Positions 57,462-64,000 of a stretch of DNA of 64,000 nt are shown in pieces (position 1 is the first letter of the stretch; each line of letters starts with the position of its first letter). The position numbers and the translations under genes are program-made. The stretch is from NCBI GenBank assembly GCA_964585385.1, contig CAZPDP010000011.1, positions 1,086 to 65,085 on the forward strand, in the 5' to 3' direction. Under the pieces are notes generated by a model, which was given only the letters and a program-made list of their open reading frames with translations, had not been told where the DNA came from and did not search any database. Source of the stretch: an uncultured Bacteroidales bacterium (GTDB taxonomy: Bacteria > Bacteroidota > Bacteroidia > Bacteroidales > UBA12077).

Positions 57462-58112
57462 ATGAAAATACTGGTATTAGATAATTATGATTCATTCACT
57501 TATAACCTGGTTCACATACTCCGTCAAATCACAGGGAATACGGTTCAGGTTGCAAGGAACGATGAGATAAGCCTTGAAGAAATTTCTGTGTATGATAAGA
57601 TTCTTCTTTCTCCGGGACCAGGAATACCGGATGAAGCAGGAATTATGAAAACGCTGATTAAAAAATATGCTTCAAGCAAAAGTATCTTAGGCGTATGCCT
57701 TGGTATGCAGGGAATTGCTGAAGTATTCAACAGCAAAATCTATAACATGCATAAGGTTTATCATGGCATTGAATCTGAGATTTCGATAGTAAAACCGGAT
57801 GATACGCTTTTTATGAATCTTCCAGACACCCTGCCGGTCGGCAGATACCATTCCTGGGCAGTGGAGCCTGATTCCCTTTTAGATGAGCTGGAAGTCACAG
57901 CGGTAGACAAGTACGGCATACCTATGGCTATCAGACATCATGATTTTGATGTAAAAGGAGTCCAGTTTCATCCGGAATCTGTAATGACGCCCCATGGAAA
58001 AAAAATGCTTATGAATTGGATGCAGGCTGAGGACCAGGAAATAGTTCTGCCCCAGACCGACAATTCAAAATACAGCATTAAGAATTTGATCAAGGGCCAT
58101 CTATTTTGTTGA
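57462..58112 (+). CDS. trpG: Anthranilate synthase component II (glutamine amidotransferase)
   Basis: 'DNYDSFTYNL', 'SPGPG', 'GVCLG', 'QFHPES'. Confidence 0.95.
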   Translation: MKILVLDNYDSFTYNLVHILRQITGNTVQVARNDEISLEEISVYDKILLSPGPGIPDEAGIMKTLIKKYASSKSILGVCLGMQGIAEVFNSKIYNMHKVYHGIESEISIVKPDDTLFMNLPDTLPVGRYHSWAVEPDSLLDELEVTAVDKYGIPMAIRHHDFDVKGVQFHPESVMTPHGKKMLMNWMQAEDQEIVLPQTDNSKYSIKNLIKGHLFC

Positions 58113-58130
58113 ATCTAAAGTGCTCAAAAA

Positions 58131-59126
58131 ATGAAACAAGTATTAGAAGATTTATACAGGCAACGATATCTAACCAAAGAAGAATCCAAAGATATTCTAA
58201 AAAACTTTGCCAGCGGGTTATACAACCTGTCTCAAATGGCTTCTTTTCTTACGGTATTCCAGATGAGAAATATCACGGTTGAAGAAATGAACGGTTTCAG
58301 GGAAGCCATGCTGGAATTGTGTATTCCTGTTGATTTTGACGGACACAACACCGTCGATATGGCAGGAACGGGCGGGGACGGAAAGGATACTTTTAATATC
58401 TCCACACTGGCCTCATTCATAGTGGCAGGAGCAGGCGCCAAAGTTATCAAGCATGGCAATTACGGGGTCTCTTCATCATGTGGATCATCCAATGTTCTGG
58501 AATACCTGGGTTATACATTTTCAAATAACCCGGATAAACTCAGGAAAGAACTGGATAAAACAGGATTCTGCTTTTTGCACGCCCCGCTTTTTCATCCTGC
58601 TATGAAGAATGTGGCTCCTGTAAGAAAAGACCTGGGAGTAAAAACCTTTTTCAATATGCTGGGACCCCTGGTTAATCCGGGAAATCCTAAAAACCAGCTA
58701 ATTGGCGTATTCAGTCATGAAGTTGCCCGTTTGTACAATTACATCTATCAGAACCTGGATAAAAATTATTCAATCATCCACAGCATGGATGGATACGATG
58801 AGATTTCACTCACTGGAGATACCAGGCTGGAATCTATGGAAGGGAGCTATATGTTGAAACCCGAAGATTTGGGCTTTGAAAAGCAAGAACCAGAAGGAAT
58901 AAGGGGCGGCAACGATGTTCCTTCCTCTGCTAAAATATTCATCAATATTCTTGAAGGTAAAGGTACTGAAGCTCAAAACCAGGTAGCGCTTGCAAATGCT
59001 GCTGTTGCACTGAAAACGGTTTTCCCGGAAAAAAACCTGGAAGAAACCCTGGAAATGGCGAAAAACTCTCTTCACGGAAAAAAAGCCCTGAAAGTTCTAA
59101 ACCAGTTAATGGAGATGCAGGTATGA
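58131..59126 (+). CDS. trpD: Anthranilate phosphoribosyltransferase
   Basis: 'GTGGDGKDTFNIST', 'KHGN', 'FHPAMK', 'DGYDE'. Confidence 0.96.
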   Translation: MKQVLEDLYRQRYLTKEESKDILKNFASGLYNLSQMASFLTVFQMRNITVEEMNGFREAMLELCIPVDFDGHNTVDMAGTGGDGKDTFNISTLASFIVAGAGAKVIKHGNYGVSSSCGSSNVLEYLGYTFSNNPDKLRKELDKTGFCFLHAPLFHPAMKNVAPVRKDLGVKTFFNMLGPLVNPGNPKNQLIGVFSHEVARLYNYIYQNLDKNYSIIHSMDGYDEISLTGDTRLESMEGSYMLKPEDLGFEKQEPEGIRGGNDVPSSAKIFINILEGKGTEAQNQVALANAAVALKTVFPEKNLEETLEMAKNSLHGKKALKVLNQLMEMQV

Positions 59127-59929
59127 GCAATATTCTGGAAAAAATTAGTCAGAAAAAAAGACAAGAAGTATCATTAAGAAAAAAGCATCAGCTAGTGAGC
59201 ATGCTTGAGAACAGCGCCTATTATTCCCGGCCTGCATTTTCTCTGTCAAATCATATCAAAAATAGCAAGCATGGAATTATAGCTGAATTCAAACGCAAAT
59301 CTCCTTCCAGGGGAATAATCAATCCAAATGCAGATATCCGAAAAACTACAAAAGGGTATATTGAATCAGGAGCTACCGCATTATCTGTGCTTACAGATGA
59401 GTATTTTTTTGGAAGTTCTTTGGAAAATTTAAGCATTGCAAGGGAGGAAAATGCCATCCCCATTCTACAAAAGGACTTTATACTGGATACATTCCAAATT
59501 ATGGAAGCCAAAGCTTACGGGGCTGACGCCATTCTATTAATTGCCAGCATTTTGTCTAAAGAGGAAATTCATAATTTAACCGAATTCGCTGTTTCTCTGG
59601 GAATGGAAACCCTACTTGAAATTCACAACCGGGAGGAAGTCGAAAAAATTCCGAAACAGGTGCATCTCATAGGAATAAACAACAGGAATCTTCAAAATTT
59701 TAATGTGAATCAAGAAAATGCTCCGGAACTTCTCAAACATATTCCGGGCCATTATCTCAAAATAGCCGAAAGCGGAATAAGCCATCCGGAACAAGCATTT
59801 AAATTATTGAATAATGGATTTGACGGACTGCTTATCGGGGAAGCTTTTATGAAACATACAAAACCTGATGAAGCATGCAAAAATTTTATAAAGGAATTAG
59901 GATCTTTTGAGAAACAGAAAAATATATAA
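59123..59929 (+). CDS. trpC: Indole-3-glycerol phosphate synthase
   Basis: 'IAEFKRKSPSRG', 'SVLTDEYFFG', 'GINNRNL', 'AESGI'. Confidence 0.95.
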   Translation: MSNILEKISQKKRQEVSLRKKHQLVSMLENSAYYSRPAFSLSNHIKNSKHGIIAEFKRKSPSRGIINPNADIRKTTKGYIESGATALSVLTDEYFFGSSLENLSIAREENAIPILQKDFILDTFQIMEAKAYGADAILLIASILSKEEIHNLTEFAVSLGMETLLEIHNREEVEKIPKQVHLIGINNRNLQNFNVNQENAPELLKHIPGHYLKIAESGISHPEQAFKLLNNGFDGLLIGEAFMKHTKPDEACKNFIKELGSFEKQKNI

Positions 59930-59951
59930 CGAACCAATCAAAAAAAGGAAA

Positions 59952-60611
59952 ATGAAACTAAAAGTATGTGGACTTACCAATGAAAAAAATATACAGGAGA
60001 TTATTAAAAATGCTCATCCGGATTACCTGGGTTTTCTCTTTTATCCAAACTCTTCCCGTTATGTAATCGGACGCCTGGAGCCGGATGATATATCGAATAT
60101 CTCTGGAAACATACAGAAAACGGGAATATTTGTCAACAGCCCGACTAATTGGGTCATGAAACAGGCCGAAAAATATAATCTTTCAGCTCTTCAGTTGCAC
60201 GGAGAAGAAAGTCCGGCCTATTGTGAAAAATTGAAATCTGAAGGCTTTGAAATCATCAAAGTGTTCAAAATAAAAGATGAAATGGATTTTTTAAGGATGT
60301 CATCCTATCTTTCGGTTGCTGATTCTTTTCTTTTTGATACAGCCGGGAAATTCAGGGGAGGAAATGGTATAAAATTCAACTGGAATATTCTGAAAAGCTA
60401 TAAGCATGATATGCCCTACTTTTTGAGCGGCGGTATCCGGCCCGAAGATGCAAATCCCATAAATACTATTCAGGATCCAAGACTTATCGGGATTGATATA
60501 AACAGCGGTTTCGAAATTCAGCCGGGAATAAAAGATCCGGCAAAAGTTCAATCATTTAAAAACAAGATAAACAATGAACAGCATGGAAAAGCAGCAATAC
60601 ACCGCAGATAA
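59952..60611 (+). CDS. trpF: Phosphoribosylanthranilate isomerase
   Basis: 'MKLKVCGLT', 'QLHGEE', 'FLFDT', 'LSGGI', 'IDINSGFE'. Start placed at the ATG at 59952. Confidence 0.93.
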   Translation: MKLKVCGLTNEKNIQEIIKNAHPDYLGFLFYPNSSRYVIGRLEPDDISNISGNIQKTGIFVNSPTNWVMKQAEKYNLSALQLHGEESPAYCEKLKSEGFEIIKVFKIKDEMDFLRMSSYLSVADSFLFDTAGKFRGGNGIKFNWNILKSYKHDMPYFLSGGIRPEDANPINTIQDPRLIGIDINSGFEIQPGIKDPAKVQSFKNKINNEQHGKAAIHRR

Positions 60612-61779
60612 AAACGGGTATTACGGAGCATACGGCGGGGCTTTTATTCCCGAGTTGTTATATCCGAATATTGAGGAATTGAAAAACAGTTATCTTGAAA
60701 TTCTTGCAAGCCCTGATTTTCAAAAAGAATTTCAAAATCTGCTTAAAGATTATGTGGGCAGACCCAGTCCTTTATATTATGCTAAAAATCTTTCCAGGTA
60801 TTATAAAAAGCAAGTTTATCTCAAACGGGAAGATTTAAATCATACCGGCGCTCATAAGATCAACAATACAATAGGACAAATTCTGCTGGCGGACAAACTG
60901 GGCAAAGAGCGAATCATTGCAGAGACCGGTGCAGGCCAGCATGGAGTAGCCACGGCAACAGTCTGCGCCCTGATGAAAAAAGAGTGCGTCGTTTACATGG
61001 GCGAGACCGATATGAAGAGGCAGGAAAGCAATGTAGTTCAAATGCAGCTGTTGGGTGCAAAGGTCATACCCGTAAAATCAGGGAATATGACCCTAAAGGA
61101 TGCTACCAATGAAGCCATAAGAGACTGGATCAACAATCCGGAAAGCCATTACATCATCGGGTCTGTAGTCGGGCCCCACCCTTACCCCGATCTTGTAACC
61201 AGATTGCAGTCGGTTATTGGAAAAGAGCTACCTGCGCAATTGATGGAGAAAACAGGCCAATCCTACCCGGATCACATTGTAGCCTGCGTTGGTGGAGGCA
61301 GTAATGCAGCCGGTATTTTTTACCCGTTCTATGATAATCCTGATGTCCGTTTACATGCCGTGGAAGCCTCCGGCAAAGGAATCAACAGCGGTATGACGGC
61401 TTCCACTATTAAAAAAGGAACAGCCGGCATTCTTCATGGAAGCAGAACGCTTGTTATGCAAAACGAAGACGGACAAATTACCGAGCCTTACTCTATTTCA
61501 GCCGGCCTGGACTACCCGGGTATCGGACCTGCTTATCCGCATCTTTTTGAAACCAGCAGGGTATCCTTTTCAGAAGCAACCGATGATGAAGCCCTGGAAG
61601 CAGCTAAAATCTGCATGCGGGAAGAAGGTATCTTTCCGGCCCTGGAATCAGCTCATGCCCTGGCTGCGCTCAAAAAGATCGAAACAAAGCCTAATGAGAT
61701 TCTTGTGCTGAATCTTTCAGGCAGAGGCAATAAAGATTTGGAAACCTATAAAAAGCATCTTCACAATGAACAGAATTGA
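60574..61779 (+). CDS. trpB: Tryptophan synthase beta chain (operon copy)
   Basis: [42 protein letters not shown]. Confidence 0.96.
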   Translation: MNSMEKQQYTADKNGYYGAYGGAFIPELLYPNIEELKNSYLEILASPDFQKEFQNLLKDYVGRPSPLYYAKNLSRYYKKQVYLKREDLNHTGAHKINNTIGQILLADKLGKERIIAETGAGQHGVATATVCALMKKECVVYMGETDMKRQESNVVQMQLLGAKVIPVKSGNMTLKDATNEAIRDWINNPESHYIIGSVVGPHPYPDLVTRLQSVIGKELPAQLMEKTGQSYPDHIVACVGGGSNAAGIFYPFYDNPDVRLHAVEASGKGINSGMTASTIKKGTAGILHGSRTLVMQNEDGQITEPYSISAGLDYPGIGPAYPHLFETSRVSFSEATDDEALEAAKICMREEGIFPALESAHALAALKKIETKPNEILVLNLSGRGNKDLETYKKHLHNEQN

Positions 61780-62539
61780 TCAACTCTTTCAAACCAAAAA
61801 GCACAATATCTTATCGGTCTTCTTTACGGCAGGGTACCCGACAATAGAAGACAATCCAAAAATTATAAAATCCCTGGCTGAATCCGGGGTCGATATGATT
61901 GAGATAGGTATGCCGTTTTCCGACCCAATGGCTGATGGTCCGGTTATACAGGAAAGCAATAAAAGGGCGCTGGAGAATGGAATGAATCTTTCCCTGCTCT
62001 TTCAGCAATTGCAGGAATTACGAGAAATAACGGACATACCCGTTTTGCTCATGGGTTACCTCAATCCCGTTATTCATTATGGGATAGAAAAATTTTGCAA
62101 CAAATGCAGGGAAGCCGGAATCGATGGAGTTATTCTACCTGACTTACCTGTAGAGGTTTACCAGCAAAGCTATAAAAAGCATTTTGCTGAAAACAACCTG
62201 CACAACATCTTCCTTGTGGCTCCTACCACTAGTAAAGAAAGACTGAATAAAATCCTCCCGGAAGCCGGTGGATTTGTTTACATGGTTTCTTCGAGCTCCA
62301 CCACAGGTACCCAAAAAAATTCCGGCAGTCAGCTTGACTATGTGCACACATTAAAAGAAATCCGCGAGGACATCCCGGTAATGGTAGGGTTCGGGATTAA
62401 CAGCCGGGAAAAATTTCAACAGGTTTGCGAAAAAGCGGAAGGAGGAATTATTGGTTCAGCCTTTGTTAGAGCCCTGGAAAATGAAAACGGAGCTATTGAG
62501 AGCCGGATTCGCTCGTTTATCGAATCGATTAAAACCTGA
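61766..62539 (+). CDS. trpA: Tryptophan synthase alpha chain
   Basis: 'FTAGYP', '[17 protein letters not shown]', 'LMGYLNP', 'VGFGI'. Confidence 0.96.
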   Translation: MNRIDQLFQTKKHNILSVFFTAGYPTIEDNPKIIKSLAESGVDMIEIGMPFSDPMADGPVIQESNKRALENGMNLSLLFQQLQELREITDIPVLLMGYLNPVIHYGIEKFCNKCREAGIDGVILPDLPVEVYQQSYKKHFAENNLHNIFLVAPTTSKERLNKILPEAGGFVYMVSSSSTTGTQKNSGSQLDYVHTLKEIREDIPVMVGFGINSREKFQQVCEKAEGGIIGSAFVRALENENGAIESRIRSFIESIKT

Positions 62540-62556
62540 GTTGAGCGGCTTGAACA

Positions 62557-62637
62557 GCCTGTCCCGTACACGGAGTGTCGGGAAGGTGATAACCTTATAA
62601 TTTCTTTGTCCCCGGCACTTCGTGTACGGGGGCAGGC
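62557..62637. repeat. REP-like inverted doublet
   Basis: GCCTGTCCCGTACACGGAGTGTCGGGA (62557-62583) and its near reverse complement TCCCCGGCACTTCGTGTACGGGGGCAGGC (62609-62637). Each arm can also form its own hairpin. Confidence 0.7.
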
Positions 62638-62857
62638 AGTAAGAGAAAATCGCTCAATTTGGGTTATAGTAACATGAAATTTCAGAATCATTAGTCAGGT
62701 ATCTTTAGCTTGCAGAATATTATCAATCAGGAAACATATCAATAATATTTATCATTTTTTAAGTATAGCTTAAATTTACTAAAAAATATACAAAAGTTTT
62801 AATTATACTTTAAACTTATTGTATATTTGCACAAAATTTAAATTATACTTTAATTAT

Positions 62858-64000
62858 ATGAGTTATCTAAGACAATATTACATAAAACGTCCTCTTTATC
62901 TTGAAAAAATCAAGCCTTATATTGATAAGGACATTATCAAAGTGTTAACGGGTCAGAGAAGAGTGGGGAAGAGCTATATGCTTTACCAGATTATGGATGA
63001 GATTGCTAAAATGCATGACAATCCTGCAATGATATACATCAACAAGGAAATGTATGAATTTGATTTTATTCATAATCATAAAGATTTAATAGAATACATT
63101 ATTCAAAAAGAACAGAAAGGCGTAACTAACTTCATCTTTATTGATGAGGTGCAGGATATAGAAAACTTTGAAAAAGCACTCCGAAGTCTTCAGGCTAAAC
63201 CTCATTTCAACATATTTTGTACAGGCAGCAATGCGAAACTTCTTTCCGGGGAACTGGCAACCTTTTTAAGCGGCCGGTATATTGAGATAAAGATATACAG
63301 CCTTTCGTATAATGAATTCGTAAGGTTTCATGAACTTGAAGACAACAACCAGACTTTCATTCAATATCTCAAATATGGAGGGCTTCCTTATTTAATCAAC
63401 CTGGAACTCAAAAAAACCATTGTTTATGATTATTTAAAAAATATCTATGCAGCCATCCTGTTTAAAGATGTGGTAAAAAGACATAGTATACGAAATATCA
63501 ATTTTCTGGAAAATCTCATAAAGTATCTTGCGGATAACACAGGTAGCTTGGTTTCCTCCAAGAAAATCAGCGACTTTCTAAAATCTCAGCAAATCAATAT
63601 TTCTCCACAAGTCGTTATGAACTATCTCTCCTATCTGGAGCAGGCATTTTTTATATTTAAAGTAGTCAGATCTGACTTGAAAGGAAAAAAAATTTTTGAA
63701 ATTGGTGAAAAATACTACTTTGAGGACCTGGGTTTAAGGCATTCAATCCTTGGTTACAGAACCGAAGATATCAATAAAATTCTGGAAAACACGATTTATC
63801 AGCATCTCGCTATTGCAGGATATCAAATAACAGTTGGAAAACTGGCAGATAAGGAGGTTGACTTTGTATGTGAGAAACCAGGTGGAAACAAAATGTATGT
63901 GCAAGTAGCTTACCAATTGCCTGATGAGAAGGCTCTGAAAAGAGAATTTGGCAACCTGGCAGAAATTAAAGACAATTATTCAAAATATGTCGTTTCCATG
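62858..64000 (+). CDS. AAA_14 ATPase with C-terminal DUF4143 domain (runs off the window end)
   Basis: Not in the ORF track. Read by hand from the ATG at 62858: Walker A GQRRVGKS, Walker B FIFIDEVQD, 'TGSNAKLLSGELATFLSGR', 'EVDFV...YVQVAY'. The C-terminal motifs are in the same frame at the window end. TATATTTG promoter box at 62822-62829. Confidence 0.88.
   Translation, partial: MSYLRQYYIKRPLYLEKIKPYIDKDIIKVLTGQRRVGKSYMLYQIMDEIAKMHDNPAMIYINKEMYEFDFIHNHKDLIEYIIQKEQKGVTNFIFIDEVQDIENFEKALRSLQAKPHFNIFCTGSNAKLLSGELATFLSGRYIEIKIYSLSYNEFVRFHELEDNNQTFIQYLKYGGLPYLINLELKKTIVYDYLKNIYAAILFKDVVKRHSIRNINFLENLIKYLADNTGSLVSSKKISDFLKSQQINISPQVVMNYLSYLEQAFFIFKVVRSDLKGKKIFEIGEKYYFEDLGLRHSILGYRTEDINKILENTIYQHLAIAGYQITVGKLADKEVDFVCEKPGGNKMYVQVAYQLPDEKALKREFGNLAEIKDNYSKYVVSM

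Noticed and set aside
1-64000. tRNA/rRNA genes, transposases, integrases, prophage genes
   Set aside because: None recognised. Intergenic gaps are short and mostly explained by promoters, terminators, leaders or the repeats listed.

Overview
AT-rich, gene-dense chromosomal segment from a member of the Bacteroidota, probably an anaerobic Bacteroidia lineage. Evidence for this assignment is TAnnTTTG -7 promoter boxes, type III glutamine synthetase, PorE-like OmpA proteins and Bacteroidota-type purM/pyrF. Left half: housekeeping and envelope genes (partial pabB, Omp85 protein, DPP III, cyclase-HD fusion, two PorE-like proteins, queE, a stand-alone trpB, M20 dipeptidase, GSIII, purM-prfA-pyrF, DUF2851, rpsO-pnp, prolyl oligopeptidase, deoxynucleoside kinase, TPR lipoprotein, TrmH, AGCS symporter, ClC-CBS). 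Middle: an energy-conservation cluster made of nqrABCDEF-apbE, a small NqrM-like gene, an FNR-like regulator and, divergently, an operon syntenic with archaeal Mbx/MBS (sulfane-sulfur reductase type). Its large subunit cannot bind Ni, its H/H' subunits are fused, and its N subunit carries a GltD-like NAD(P)H module. A four-helix-bundle gene bracketed by inverted heptamer arrays interrupts this operon. Right end: trpEGDCFBA and a partial AAA_14/DUF4143 gene. Both trp loci have two consecutive Trp-codon leader peptides with identical promoter and spacer geometry; at trpE these form two complete tandem attenuators. No rRNA, tRNA, CRISPR array or intact transposase was seen. All assignments come from motif reading by eye; no database search was run.
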